Origin: an uncultured Rivularia sp.
GTDB taxonomy: Bacteria > Cyanobacteriota > Cyanobacteriia > Cyanobacteriales > Nostocaceae
Assembly (NCBI GenBank): GCA_963665115.1
Contig: OY762007.1
Location: 3,328,001 to 3,392,000 of the forward strand
DNA: 64,000 bases
Reading direction: 5' to 3'
Shown here piece after piece: positions 32,226-43,658 of this stretch. The notes under the pieces were generated by a model. It was not told the origin of the DNA, searched no databases, and saw only the letters and a list, made by a program, of their open reading frames with translations. Within the stretch, counting starts at the first letter, position 1. Each line of letters starts with the position of its first letter. The position numbers were made by a program, and so were the translations under genes.

Positions 32226-33464
32226 TTAAGCAAACCATTCTAAAACGGCTTCATCCTTAGTATTGGTATTCCGTGATGGAGTTTCACGATTGAACTTCAT
32301 CTGAATCGAGCGGGTTTGCTCGCCATCAACTGCAACTGCTTTAATTGGATAATCAATCAAACCATCTTGGAAGGACATTTGGAAGCGGAATGTACCGTCA
32401 GGATTGAGTTGGATTTCGCGATCGCCAATTGTAACGGTAGCATCTGGTTCGGTTGCACCGTAAACAATCAACTCAGCGTCAGCAATTAACCAGAACTTGC
32501 GAGGACGTTCCGGAGGTGCAGATGCTCCCATACCAACACCAGACATATTTACACCCGATGCTGTCGGAAGCGCCCACATACCTACGCCAGATGGGAAAAC
32601 GTAGGAACTAATAGCTTGCTCTGGAGCCATCGAACCAGGAACTTGATGTTGAGAACCGAAGATAGAACCCGCTACCCGCATTGCTTCTGCGGATTCAGCC
32701 ATGCCAAAGATTTGTTCGTAAATAGGATTACCATTACCGTTGCTTGCTGCTGCGGTTTCTGGCATTTTCTTAGCAGGTGGTACTAATTCGTACTTAGTTT
32801 CACCGCGTAAATCTTCTTCAAAGTCAACTGTAATAAAGACATCTTCAATCCAGTCTGAAGGATACACCGGAGGAACGTGTACTTTCGCACTGCGAGCCAA
32901 TACCAACCAACGACCATCAGCACAACGATAACCGATGTCTATTATATAATCGCGATCGCTAACAGGAATTGGTAAATACCATTCCCGTGCCATTTCGTCA
33001 GAGGGATACTCTTGCAGATTGTGAGCGCTTTGATTGTCTAAGTCGATGTCGGTGACATCATAAATTCTTAGTGCTAACTGTTGTCCGCCTTGTTTGCGTA
33101 AATCTTCCTTATGCTCGTTAGAAATATCCCAGTAAGCATAAGCCCATTGTGGATCGCGAGGCATTAATACAACGCGACTCTCGCCATAACCACTAGGTAA
33201 ATCAGCAAGTCCCTCGTCAACTGAAGCGAGATTGCCGCCAGTTTTATCTTCTTGTCCCAACTCGAATTTTGCTGCTTCCACTGTTTCCTGTGCCTCCAAT
33301 GAACGAGATTCCTGTCTGGATAATTTCTTACTTTCTGCTTCCTGAACTGCTGCGAGTAACTGAGATTTACGCATTCTGCTATAGCGAGATATGCTATATT
33401 CGCTGGCAACTTTACGTAGCTGCCGCAATGTCATTTCTTCTAACGGTGGGCGTTCTTTCGCCAT
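32226..33464 (-). CDS. DUF4912-domain protein with N-terminal Rho_N-like domain
   Basis: MTLRQLRKVA...YSRMRKSQL; LMPRDPQWAYAYWD; FWLIADAELIVYGATEPDA. Confidence 0.85.
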   Translation of the reverse strand: MAKERPPLEEMTLRQLRKVASEYSISRYSRMRKSQLLAAVQEAESKKLSRQESRSLEAQETVEAAKFELGQEDKTGGNLASVDEGLADLPSGYGESRVVLMPRDPQWAYAYWDISNEHKEDLRKQGGQQLALRIYDVTDIDLDNQSAHNLQEYPSDEMAREWYLPIPVSDRDYIIDIGYRCADGRWLVLARSAKVHVPPVYPSDWIEDVFITVDFEEDLRGETKYELVPPAKKMPETAAASNGNGNPIYEQIFGMAESAEAMRVAGSIFGSQHQVPGSMAPEQAISSYVFPSGVGMWALPTASGVNMSGVGMGASAPPERPRKFWLIADAELIVYGATEPDATVTIGDREIQLNPDGTFRFQMSFQDGLIDYPIKAVAVDGEQTRSIQMKFNRETPSRNTNTKDEAVLEWFA

Positions 33465-34140
33465 GAGTAAAGACCTCCTAAATTTTAATTAAGAAATTTC
33501 TTTTGTTTAAGGAGAGGTCGGTCTAATTACATCTACCCCAAATCTTTTTTAATCGAATTGTTAGGTTTATACCAAATATTCAATTTTCAATTGGTTCTAT
33601 TTCCACAAGGAATATTACCGTTTGGATATAGGGTTCAAGGTTTAACATTCTTTTTCACAACGAAAACTAAAATTGTTAACCCCTACCTTTTATTTCTTCT
33701 GCTCTAACAACTTTCACGCAAAGTAAAAGTTTTTCTAATGTCATTGATAAGAATTTATAACAACAGAAGAATTGCTTTACTTGTGATTCATATTAACTTT
33801 AATTCCTTGGTAGGGATCAAGGGGGTTAACCAGACTTTTTTGTCTCATTTACGAAGTTATAGGCTATTCGGGGATCTTAATGTCATTATTTCTTGACATT
33901 CGGGACTCGCACTACTTCTTAAAGACATCAAAAATACATTTATTGTCATTAAATCATGACAATTGAGTATTCATGCTCATAATAAAAAATACTTAAGAAT
34001 CTAAGTATTATGTAAAGTGCTTATATCTCTCGGCTCTCCAATCCAATAGCACGAGTTCATTGGAATTAACGTTTTATACCATTATCAACCAGCCCTTAGA
34101 AACCCGGTTTCTGGCAATGGTGCAAGATGTCAGCAACTGA

Positions 34141-34268
34141 TTGGTATTCCACCATAGTCGGGCATGACAGAAAACACATTTGTAGTGGAAGCGTCTCGCT
34201 CCCTGGTAGCAACGAGCGAGACGCTCGCACTCCCCGAATCGCTTATAACTTATGTGGTGAAGTACTAG
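34141..34268. mobile_element. MITE-like element, copy 2
   Basis: Same core and right end as 13309-13439; left end degenerate (TTGGTATTCCACCAT). Confidence 0.7.
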
Positions 34269-34374
34269 TAGCGATTGCATAAATTCTGAAGGGTTCGTTT
34301 TTCCCGTAACCTTCGGGAGACGTAGCACTGCTACGTCTCTACAACCCATCGGAACTAATGAAATGGACTACTAG
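34265..34374. mobile_element. second MITE-like element sharing the CTAG junction
   Basis: CTAGTAGCGATTGCATAAATT / AACTAATGAAATGGACTACTAG imperfect inverted ends; internal GAGACGTAGCA-C-TGCTACGTCTCTAC hairpin. Confidence 0.6.
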
Positions 34375-34467
34375 TAGCGATCGCACTTCACAAAAAAGTA
34401 TAAGAAACACATTTTGATTTAATTTCTCTAACCTTTAGAGAGGACTAAAAAATTTATTTTCAATCTT

Positions 34468-34521
34468 CCCAATGCCCAATGCCCAATGCCCAATGCCCAA
34501 TGCCCAATGCCCAATGCCCAA
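34468..34521. repeat. STRR-type heptamer repeat (CCCAATG)x7
   Basis: Directly visible, immediately after the recQ stop. Confidence 0.92.
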
Positions 34522-36685
34522 CTATTTCTTCCCAGATTTATTTAATTGTTTTCTCCACTTACCTCTAACCAAACGGATTTCGTCAAAGCTATAACTCTCA
34601 CCCAAATATTCTTTAATAGGTGTTAAAGCTGTATCTCCTAATGCATCAAGCACTTGAATAATTTTTTTCTGCTTTTCAACTGTGACTAATAAATTCAAAT
34701 CTACAGGTTTATCTTTTTCAATTAAATCGGAAAGATGACGAGTAACTGTAGTGGAACGAAGATTGCGCTGTTGAGCAATTTCTTTGATACTCAATCCTTC
34801 TTTATGCAACTCAAAGGTTTGCAATTCTGTATATGAAACATCTCCACTAGAAGAATTAGATTTTTGTTTTTGCGAATCTTTTTCTTCTAAATAAGCTTTG
34901 ATTACTTTAATAAATTTATCGCCATATTGAGTAAGTTTGTGGCTACCAACTCCTGCGAGTTTGCTGAATTCATCTTTGGTTTTCGGCTTCATCTGCGTCA
35001 TCAGTTTTAAAGTTGAATCACCGAAAATTACGTAAGGTGGAACGGATTGAGCATCGGCAAGCTGTTTGCGAAGTTCGCGCAATTTTTGAAATAGTATATC
35101 TGCTTGCTCTGCCTTGTCGCTTCGCTCTTTCCCGATCGATTTTTCTTTAGGAGGAACAACAATCGAAACGGAAACGCTGTTTTTTCATCACCTCCAAACT
35201 AAAGGAATTGAGTTTTAATACCGCATAACCATCGGTAGTTTGTTCGAGTAAACCTTGGTGCAACAAAGAACGTCCTAAGTTTCGCCATTCATCAAGGGTT
35301 CGATCTTTACCAATACCGTAAGTAGAAAGTTTATCGTGCCCTTTGCTAAGAATTTTTTGAGTTTTTCTTCCTTGCAAAACATCTATAACGTGTTTCATGC
35401 CAAATCTTTGCTTGCAACGTGCCACGCAAGACAAAAATTTCATTGCTTCAATCGTCCAGTCTTCAACGGGTTTGGGATTGCAGCAGTTATCGCAATTACC
35501 ACAATTACCTACAAATCTTTCTCCAAAATAACTTAATTGAATTGCGCGACGGCAGTCTGTACCTTCTGCATAATCGATCATTTGACGCAGTTGGTGCTTA
35601 GCAATCATTTGCTCTTGCTCGTCAGTTTTTTGATCGATCAGCCATTCGATAGTTTTGACATCGCTATAACTCAAAAACAGCAAACAACGCGACGATTCAC
35701 TATCTCTACCCGCTCTTCCCGACTCTTGATAATAACTTTCTAAATTTCGTGAAATGTCAAAGTGAACAACGAAACGCACATCGGGTTTATTAATCCCCAT
35801 CCCAAAAGCAATAGTTGCGACTATTATCCTGGCATCATCCCGAATAAACTTAGTTTGATTTTCGCTACGTTCTATATCGCTCAAACCAGCATGATAGGGT
35901 AAAGCAGAAATGTTGTCGTGTTGTAATTTAAAAGCTAATTCTTCAACCTTTTTGCGCGTCAAACAATAAATTATTCCCGAATCTTCATTTTCTCGGATAA
36001 GTTCCAAAAGTTCGGCATAGGAATTTTTCTTTTTGGGACGAACTTCGTAATAAAGGTTTTGACGATTAAAACTTGCGATATGAACGCTGGGTTGATTTAA
36101 TCCCAACTGTTTAATGATATCGGCACGAACTCTTTCTGTAGCGGTAGCGGTAAGCCCCCAAATAGGTACATTGGGGTAACGCTGTCGCAGCGATATCATT
36201 TGTCGATACTCCGGACGAAAATCATGTCCCCATTCAGAAACACAGTGCGCTTCATCGATCGCAAAAGCAGAAATACCTATTTGATGGTGTACTAAATCGA
36301 GTAAAGGTAAAAATCTTTCACTGAGTAAACGTTCTGGTGCAACATAAAGTAATTTTATTTTGCCAGCTAGAATCGCTTGCTCGCGCATTCTGACTTTATG
36401 AGGGCTAACACTGCTATTAAGGAAAGTTGCCGGAATTCCGTTTTTTCGCAATCCATCTACTTGATCTTGCATCAAGGCAATCAACGGGGAAACTACTATA
36501 GTTAATCCTTCTTTCATTAACGCAGGCAGTTGAAAACACAGCGACTTACCCCCACCAGTGGGCATAATAACTAGTAAATCGCGATTTTCTAATGCCTCAG
36601 TAATGATTTCCCGTTGCGGGAAACGAAAGCTGTCATAACCGAAGTGATGTTTGAGGGCGTTTTCTAGATGGGGATACACAGACAT
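34522..36685 (-). CDS. recQ: DNA helicase RecQ (helicase-RQC-HRDC-HTH), split by +1 frameshift near 35150-35190
   Basis: MPTGGGKS, IDEAHCVSEWGHDFRPEY, YQESGRAGRD; HRDC (VPPYVIFGD) in 34522-35082; joined ~720 aa. Confidence 0.95.
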
Positions 36686-37217
36686 ATTATCGGTCAGTTA
36701 TCTATTACTGGTAAGCTTTTTGAGGATACAAAAAATCCTATATTGTTTAAGGCTTACATATTTGCTTATTTTATCTATCTAAAGTTATTTTCCTTTAATA
36801 ATTACACTAAAGTTTAAATAAATTTTAATCTTTAAAATTATAATTTTCTAATCATAACTGCTATAAGTATTATTTTATATCATAAATATACGTTTTTTCA
36901 CTGAACTTATTTAATCCTGAAAGCGTGTTAAATATTGTTATATCAGGGAAAAATTGTTTATATCGCTGATTGCTATAAATTAGTCAACAATCGAAATGAT
37001 ACAGGTAAGCGAATGAGAAAAACAACTGATTCCAAATATGGTTAAAACTGCTGTTTTCTCATAAATCGGCAGAATATTTTTACTGCTCTGGCATAGATTC
37101 TATGTTTATTTTGACAGATACCGAGCGTAAAAGCATAAAACTCGCTATAGCCAAATACTTTTGACTAATTCAAATCCTTAACCCATTAAAACTGATTTTC
37201 AGATCGCATTCATATAT

Positions 37218-38519
37218 ATGACACAAACTCCACAGCGTCCGCCAACTAACACTGCTGCAAATCGTAGTGCAGCCCCAAGTGCCCCTCCGATGCCGCCCCC
37301 ACCACCGGCTCCAGCACCATTGACACAAAGCACTCAGCGCCAATCTAGTCAACAAACTATAGAAATGCCTCACGGTAGTCGTGGTTTAACGAATCCTGCC
37401 GCTCATCGTCCGGGAGCGCCACCACCGATGGCTCGTGATATACCCTCTACAAACAGTTCGCAGCCAACTTTTAAGCAATTAATTTTGGAAGCTAACGAAA
37501 AAGGGTTTTCCGATATTCACTTAGGAGTAGGTGAAATACCCCGCTTCCGCAACCGAGGAGAAATAGACACAACTGATTATCCAGAAACGGATAGAGAAAC
37601 CTTCATGAGTTGGTTGCGTGAAACGCTTACAGAAGAAGAAATTAAGCGTTTTCAAGAAACTCTAGATTTTGATGGAGCAACTCAGTTCGATTTTGCCCGC
37701 GTGCGGATTAATATTTTTGATTCTCTTAAAGGTTACGCGATGGTATTGCGATTGATTCCAGTGAAAATATTATCAATGGAACAGTTGAAATTACCTCCTG
37801 TATTTAGAGATATTTGCCATTACCACAAAGGTTTGGTTTTGGTTACAGGCCCCACTGGTTCGGGTAAATCAACTACAATGGCGGCGATGATTGACTATAT
37901 CAATCGAGAGATGAGTAAACACATTATTACTATCGAAGATCCGGTCGAATTCGTTCATCAAAGTCGAAAATCCTTGGTTAAACAGCGGGAAGTTGGAATG
38001 CACACCCGCAAATTTGACAATGCTTTGAAAGCAGCTTTGCGGGAAGATCCCGATCTGATTCTAGTGGGAGAAATGCGGGATAAAGAAACAGTTAACACCG
38101 CGATGAAAGCAGCCCAAACAGGTCACTTAGTAATGGGAACCCTCCACACCAACAGCGCGGTAAAAACCATCGAGCGTATTCTTAATCTTTTCCCCGGTGA
38201 AGAACAAGATCCGATGCGAGTCGCCATATCTGAATCTTTAGTGGCGGTTATTTCTCAAGGTTTGTGTCGCACGACAGATGGTAAACGTGCAGCTTTCCAC
38301 GATATTCTAATAAACACCGAAGCAGTTAAAGATTGGATTAAAGACTCGAAATACGATGAAATGAGCGAGTTGATGAAACAAGCGAGTTTCGACGGCATGA
38401 TTACCATGAATCAGTCTCTATTTAATCTTTACCAAGAAGGTAAGATTACAGAAGAAATTGCATTGGAAATGTCACCGACTCCTAACGAGATGGCGCAGAT
38501 GCTTCGAGGCAGAGTTTAA
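37218..38519 (+). CDS. pilT: type IV pilus retraction ATPase, PilT2-like, Pro-rich N-terminal extension
   Basis: GPTGSGKSTT, TIEDPVE, ALREDPDLILVGEMRD, GHLVMGTLHTNS. Confidence 0.93.
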   Translation: MTQTPQRPPTNTAANRSAAPSAPPMPPPPPAPAPLTQSTQRQSSQQTIEMPHGSRGLTNPAAHRPGAPPPMARDIPSTNSSQPTFKQLILEANEKGFSDIHLGVGEIPRFRNRGEIDTTDYPETDRETFMSWLRETLTEEEIKRFQETLDFDGATQFDFARVRINIFDSLKGYAMVLRLIPVKILSMEQLKLPPVFRDICHYHKGLVLVTGPTGSGKSTTMAAMIDYINREMSKHIITIEDPVEFVHQSRKSLVKQREVGMHTRKFDNALKAALREDPDLILVGEMRDKETVNTAMKAAQTGHLVMGTLHTNSAVKTIERILNLFPGEEQDPMRVAISESLVAVISQGLCRTTDGKRAAFHDILINTEAVKDWIKDSKYDEMSELMKQASFDGMITMNQSLFNLYQEGKITEEIALEMSPTPNEMAQMLRGRV

Positions 38520-38570
38520 GTTTAAGTAGTAGGGAATAGGGAACGGGGAACAGATTTAAAAAGATAAATC

Positions 38571-38599
38571 TATTTATTTATTTATTTATTTATTTATTT
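38571..38599. repeat. (ATTT)n microsatellite
   Basis: Directly visible. Confidence 0.8.
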
Positions 38600-38771
38600 C
38601 ATTTGTCAGCCTCGTTCCCATACTGCCAGTTGTATCTGTTGTTGAATACCGAGGCATAGCATTTCTGTAAAAGGTTCTTAGCCGTCTTTGCGGGAAGTAA
38701 AATTAGCGAAGTCTAAAATCCAAAATCTAAAAAAATGCATTCGTTGTTAAAATATAAAATTCTATAAGCTG

Positions 38772-39530
38772 TTGAATTTAAATAAATCGCCTTTACCAGA
38801 GTTATTCAAAGGTATTGCATTATTTACACCAGGGGGAGATATGATTTACTGTATCGATCCCAGCAAAAAAGGTAGATGGCATTCACATTTATGCAGTGCT
38901 TTACAGGAAATTTTAGATTTACCGGAACCACCTCATTTTTTAGTACCGCTATATACGGCAACAATTGACCACTGGCTAGATCCACGCACGGAAAAAGTAA
39001 GAACTTTTGCAGAGGCTTATCCAGCCGTGATACGTTATCAAGCTTTATTGAATGCTGTATTTAATACTGGCAATTTAGCTTGGCAAACAACTCCTTGGAA
39101 TGATGAATTATGCGATAGCATAGTATTATCAACTTATCGTTCGAGCTTTGAGCAGTTATGGGTAAATCACGATTTAATAGTGCGTTTAGAAGTATCCGAA
39201 CAACCTCTTACTGATTCTCAACCATTATTAACTGCACCACAAATGCCGTCTCAAACTCAACCTTATATTCTTCGCTTGTTTGTTGCAGGACATACTCCCA
39301 ATACTGAAAATATACTTAAAAACCTGCATGAATTGTTAGAAAAATACTTGGGAAGCCCCTATACTCTGAGAATTGTTGATGTATTAACTCATCCCGAACA
39401 AGCAGAAATTCATCAAGTTAGTGCAACTCCTACTTTAGTTAGAGTTTTACCCAAACCAACAAAAAGAATTGTTGGAGATATGAATAATACAGAGAGAATT
39501 CTACATATGTTGGGCATATTGAATAAATAA
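38772..39530 (+). CDS. protein with C-terminal KaiB-like domain
   Basis: YILRLFVAGHT...YTLRIVDVLTHPEQAE...ATPTLVRVLPKPTKRIVGD. Confidence 0.85.
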   Translation: MNLNKSPLPELFKGIALFTPGGDMIYCIDPSKKGRWHSHLCSALQEILDLPEPPHFLVPLYTATIDHWLDPRTEKVRTFAEAYPAVIRYQALLNAVFNTGNLAWQTTPWNDELCDSIVLSTYRSSFEQLWVNHDLIVRLEVSEQPLTDSQPLLTAPQMPSQTQPYILRLFVAGHTPNTENILKNLHELLEKYLGSPYTLRIVDVLTHPEQAEIHQVSATPTLVRVLPKPTKRIVGDMNNTERILHMLGILNK

Positions 39531-39532
39531 AG

Positions 39533-39880
39533 TTATTCCGATTTAATTTCTGGTGGTAGTTCAAATAAACCGTTTTCAGCAGCTTCAAATTCGATTACTT
39601 TGAATACCGCATCATGATTCAAAGCACCATAAATATGGGGAAATGTTTCGTTTTCTGTGACAGCATCGTAACGAATTTCTGATTTTACTCTATCGGAATC
39701 TATGAAAAGAAGTAGTAAATCTGTTTGATTTTGGAAAAAATAATTTGCTACTTTTACAACTTGCGCTGATGTCGAACAATGGATAAATCCTTCAGTTTCT
39801 AGCGAGTCAGCACGGTAAATTCCTTTTTTTATAGCTTTTTCCCAGTCTTGACGGGGAGTAATATGAAAGATTGTTTTCAT
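39533..39880 (-). CDS. DUF952-domain protein
   Basis: IFHIT, EGFIHCST, FPHIYGALN. Confidence 0.88.
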   Translation of the reverse strand: MKTIFHITPRQDWEKAIKKGIYRADSLETEGFIHCSTSAQVVKVANYFFQNQTDLLLLFIDSDRVKSEIRYDAVTENETFPHIYGALNHDAVFKVIEFEAAENGLFELPPEIKSE

Positions 39881-39940
39881 TTGTTGGTTGTTGGTTGTTA
39901 ATCCATTTCCGGCATAAGACTACCGATAAAAGAGTAGTTA

Positions 39941-40759
39941 TTAGTTGGTGGTTATTTCAGCAACTAGATTTGAAGCTTTGCGAATTAAAGAGGTATTAAG
40001 ATCAATTTGATAATTTTCTAAATTTGCAATTTGTCGTACAACTGCTTCTAAATCCGCATTACCTTTCCTCGCACCTAAACCGTTGACTGCACATTCTATT
40101 TGTCTAACTCCACAGTTTAAAGAGGTAATTGAATTTTCTACTGCTTTACCCAAATCATTGTGACAATGAACGGAAATTAGCGCTTTATCAATATTTGCGA
40201 CTCGATTGAAAATCATTTCTAAAAGTCGAGAAAACTCTTCTGGGGATGCTAAACCCAAACTATCGGGAATATTAATGGTTGTTGCACCACTGTTAATTGC
40301 TGTTTCAATGGCTTTACATAAAAAATCTGGTTCGCTTCTCGGTGCGTCAAAAGCACTCCATTCGACTTCTGCACAATGATTTCTTGCTAAAGATATATTA
40401 TTTTTGATGCAATAAAATTCTTGTTCTAATCTAAGTTTTTCTTTACCTTTTAAATTCACATTATTATAAGTATGAATTCTACCTCTTTTCGCTGGCTTAA
40501 TAGCTTGAGCAGCGCTGAGAATTTCTTCTTTTTTTGCACCTGCTAATCCGCAAATAGTAGAATCGTTAATTGCTTTAGATATCTGCAATACTTGCTCAAA
40601 ATCTGAAGGCGAATTAGCTGGATATCCAACTTCAATTACATCTACTTTTATTTCTTCTAATAATTTAGAAATGGAGATTTTTTGCTGTAAATTGAATTTA
40701 ATACCGGGCATTAACTCTCCATTCCGCATTGTCGTATCAAAAATTATGATTTTATTCAT
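39941..40759 (-). CDS. short 2-isopropylmalate-synthase-like (DRE-TIM) protein, barrel only
   Basis: IFDTTMRNGE, IEVGYP, INIPDS, SVHCHNDLG, NGLGARKGNA; ATG at 40759 preferred. Confidence 0.8.
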   Translation of the reverse strand: MNKIIIFDTTMRNGELMPGIKFNLQQKISISKLLEEIKVDVIEVGYPANSPSDFEQVLQISKAINDSTICGLAGAKKEEILSAAQAIKPAKRGRIHTYNNVNLKGKEKLRLEQEFYCIKNNISLARNHCAEVEWSAFDAPRSEPDFLCKAIETAINSGATTINIPDSLGLASPEEFSRLLEMIFNRVANIDKALISVHCHNDLGKAVENSITSLNCGVRQIECAVNGLGARKGNADLEAVVRQIANLENYQIDLNTSLIRKASNLVAEITTN

Positions 40760-40939
40760 GAGGTTATCAATCAACAATGAACAATTATCAATTATCAAAA
40801 CATCAATGGATTGATTCTGATGGGTGACGGCAATTTCAGCAATTTTTTTTATTATCAATAATTTATAGAAGCCGTCACACACCCGACATAATTATCTGTC
40901 ACAATGCCCCACGCCCCATGCCCTATTCCCAATTATTAA

Positions 40940-42985
40940 TTAAGCTTCTTGATAAATTACCTCTTGAAACTGAATCACATCCTTTTGAGGATCTGCATGG
41001 GTAACTTTTACTAAAATTTCTTCACCTAAATCTACGGCACGTTTAAAGAACATGGGTAACTGCAAACCTAAATCTTCTAATAAAATTAGTGCTAAATTAC
41101 TATCTTCTCTCAACCACATCAAAACTGTTGTATCCCAAGCTTTATCTAAATGACGGCGCAAGTATTCAAGTGCCCAATATCGATTGGTTTGCCGTTCTAC
41201 CATTACCACTTCCTGAGTAATACTGGTAACGTTCATCATCACTTCTTTAAGTCCTTCTGCTGAGAAGGGCAAAACCTCACCTCGAAGATGAGCTTTGATT
41301 TGAAAATGAGTAAGTAAGTCGCTATAACGACGAATCGGAGAAGTTGCTTGTGTATAAGTTTCTAACCCTAAACCCGCATGGCGTAATGGATTGATGCTCA
41401 TTTCGCTCTTTGGCATACAGCGACGCATCGCACAGGATCGAACAAAACCTGCTGGTAATAGCAGCAATTCTTCTTCTGATGGTAATTCCGGTTGCGGCTG
41501 CCCTCGAAAAGGTAAAGGAATGCTATGAGTTTTACCATAACGAGCCGCGACTTCACCGGCAAGAATCATCATTTCGGCTACTAGTTTTCGCGAACGAGAA
41601 TCATCTAATAAATCGATATTAACTTCATCATCTTTAACCTTGATGGTAGCCTCGGGCATATTTATGCTGATGGCTCCTTGGTGGTAGCGCCAAGACTTAC
41701 GCTTTAAAGCCCATCTACCAAGGGCTGCGATTTCGGGTTCTTCTCGTACTCCCGATTCCAAAATATCGTTTACATCTTCATAAGTGAGACGATAAGTCGG
41801 TTTTATTAAACTTGCATGAATGCTATAATCTTCTACTCCACCAGTTTCATCTAAAATAATACCGAAACTTAAAGCACAACAGATTTCTCCCTGTATCAAG
41901 CTCATTGGTCCGGTTGCCAATATTTCGGGAAACATTGGAATCATTCCCGTGGGTAAATATACCGTACTACCGCGCTTTCTTGCATCCAAATCTAATTCAT
42001 CTTCAGGTACAAGCCATCGCGTGGGATCTGCAATGTGTACCCACAATTTTTCTCGATTATCGGGAAGCATTTCCCAACTTAAACCATCATCTATTTCGGT
42101 CGTCGTTTCATCATCAACCGTATAGACTTTTAAATGAGTTAAGTCCAAACGGTTACGATCTGGATCGGGAGGAAGAGAGTTTAAGCGTTCATGCGCCACA
42201 TCTGTTACCTTAGTAGGAAATTGAACCGGAATAGAGGAACGACGTAGAAACAGGTTTTCATTTGGACTCCACCAACCCAAATCAACGAGCAACCCAAACG
42301 CTCCTTGAGGAGTTGCGGTACGTCCGAGCATCGTCATAGTTTCTAAAACTTGTGCGGGTGGGGGATAAGCTTGAGCCAAAGAATCGTATTTCACGCCACC
42401 CCGCGTTACATCTGCTAGTAACGCCGCATATTTTTCTAAAGCTTCAAGCCTGTGGCGATCGTGTTTTTGCCATTCTACAACTTCACCATCAAGTGCCTGC
42501 TGTACCCTTGTTAAAAATTCCTGCTGTCCTTTAGCTTTAAGCGCTTCTACTTCTAATTGGTGCTTGCGTTCTGCAACAGCACTCGCACTTCGTGGTTCGT
42601 AACCGTCGCCTTTTTGCTTGAAATAAACTTTGTCATCCGATAACAAGCAGTGAGCTGCATAAACTTGAGGTGGTTCTGCTTGAGAAAACAGCAAATTCGC
42701 CATTTCTTCCGGAGTTGCAGACTCGCCATCTTCTACCAGTAATTCCCAAGCCACCTCTAAACTTGAAGGATCTAAATACGATTCTACCTGTTGCAGAAAA
42801 TCCGGTATTTCTGATGAATTGTAAGTTTGTCCGACAACTTTGTAGGTAAATTGTCTCGGCGCAAGACTGGTGGATTGTCCTCGTTCATCTAACACAATCA
42901 AACGGTTTTTCCCGTCTGGACGTTCTACCACACCCAAACGGCGATCGCCTTGATTTTTAAATTCTACCAGCGTCCCCTTTTCCAC
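40940..42985 (-). CDS. ribonuclease II/R (RNB domain)
   Basis: TVDDETTTEIDDG, VHIADP, RGSTVYLP, HAGLGL..YTQATSPIRRYSDL. Confidence 0.95.
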   Translation of the reverse strand: MEKGTLVEFKNQGDRRLGVVERPDGKNRLIVLDERGQSTSLAPRQFTYKVVGQTYNSSEIPDFLQQVESYLDPSSLEVAWELLVEDGESATPEEMANLLFSQAEPPQVYAAHCLLSDDKVYFKQKGDGYEPRSASAVAERKHQLEVEALKAKGQQEFLTRVQQALDGEVVEWQKHDRHRLEALEKYAALLADVTRGGVKYDSLAQAYPPPAQVLETMTMLGRTATPQGAFGLLVDLGWWSPNENLFLRRSSIPVQFPTKVTDVAHERLNSLPPDPDRNRLDLTHLKVYTVDDETTTEIDDGLSWEMLPDNREKLWVHIADPTRWLVPEDELDLDARKRGSTVYLPTGMIPMFPEILATGPMSLIQGEICCALSFGIILDETGGVEDYSIHASLIKPTYRLTYEDVNDILESGVREEPEIAALGRWALKRKSWRYHQGAISINMPEATIKVKDDEVNIDLLDDSRSRKLVAEMMILAGEVAARYGKTHSIPLPFRGQPQPELPSEEELLLLPAGFVRSCAMRRCMPKSEMSINPLRHAGLGLETYTQATSPIRRYSDLLTHFQIKAHLRGEVLPFSAEGLKEVMMNVTSITQEVVMVERQTNRYWALEYLRRHLDKAWDTTVLMWLREDSNLALILLEDLGLQLPMFFKRAVDLGEEILVKVTHADPQKDVIQFQEVIYQEA

Positions 42986-43245
42986 AAGCCTTGTAATTCA
43001 TTCAAGTTTTCAGTGATCGGATTTCGGATTATCTAAATATCTAAATAATTAAATATAAATATTAAATCCTAAAATCCCGCTCATTTTTAATACAAAACAA
43101 TTCAAAAATATCCGATGCCTTTCACGGTGCAATCACCGCCGTTCTCAAAGTTGTAAAGCTAGACATAACAGTAGTCTGGGAGGCAACCGACCGCTGTGAT
43201 GCTCCGAATAGCCTCCCCTTTTACTTTGTCTTTGAAATACTCGAT

Positions 43246-43461
43246 TTAAGCTTCGGCATTCACAAAAGGCAATAAAGCTAAAATTCTGGCACGTTTGATT
43301 GATGCAGTTAAAGCTCTTTGTTGCTGAGAAGTCAGACCAGTAATCCGACGTGGTAGTATTTTACCGCGTTCTGTAATAAATTTACGCAATAAATCAACGT
43401 CTTTATAATCTATAGGTTCCCCAGGTTTGATGGGAGAAAGACGGCGACGATAATAAGCCAT
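43246..43461 (-). CDS. rpsR: 30S ribosomal protein S18
   Basis: [26 protein letters not shown]. Confidence 0.99.
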   Translation of the reverse strand: MAYYRRRLSPIKPGEPIDYKDVDLLRKFITERGKILPRRITGLTSQQQRALTASIKRARILALLPFVNAEA

Positions 43462-43463
43462 TT

Positions 43464-43658
43464 TTACTTAATTTCCTTGTGAACTGTATGCGTGTTGCAA
43501 TGCGTGCAGAACTTTTTCAATTCCAAACGACTTGTTGTATTTCTACGATTCTTAGTACTCGTATAACGAGAAACTCCAGGCGAACGCTTGTTAGCGTTGC
43601 TGCGACACTCAGTACATTCTAGTGTCACTATTATACGGACACCTTTACTTTTAGCCAT
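43464..43658 (-). CDS. rpmG: 50S ribosomal protein L33
   Basis: LECTEC...[25 protein letters not shown]. Confidence 0.99.
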   Translation of the reverse strand: MAKSKGVRIIVTLECTECRSNANKRSPGVSRYTSTKNRRNTTSRLELKKFCTHCNTHTVHKEIK

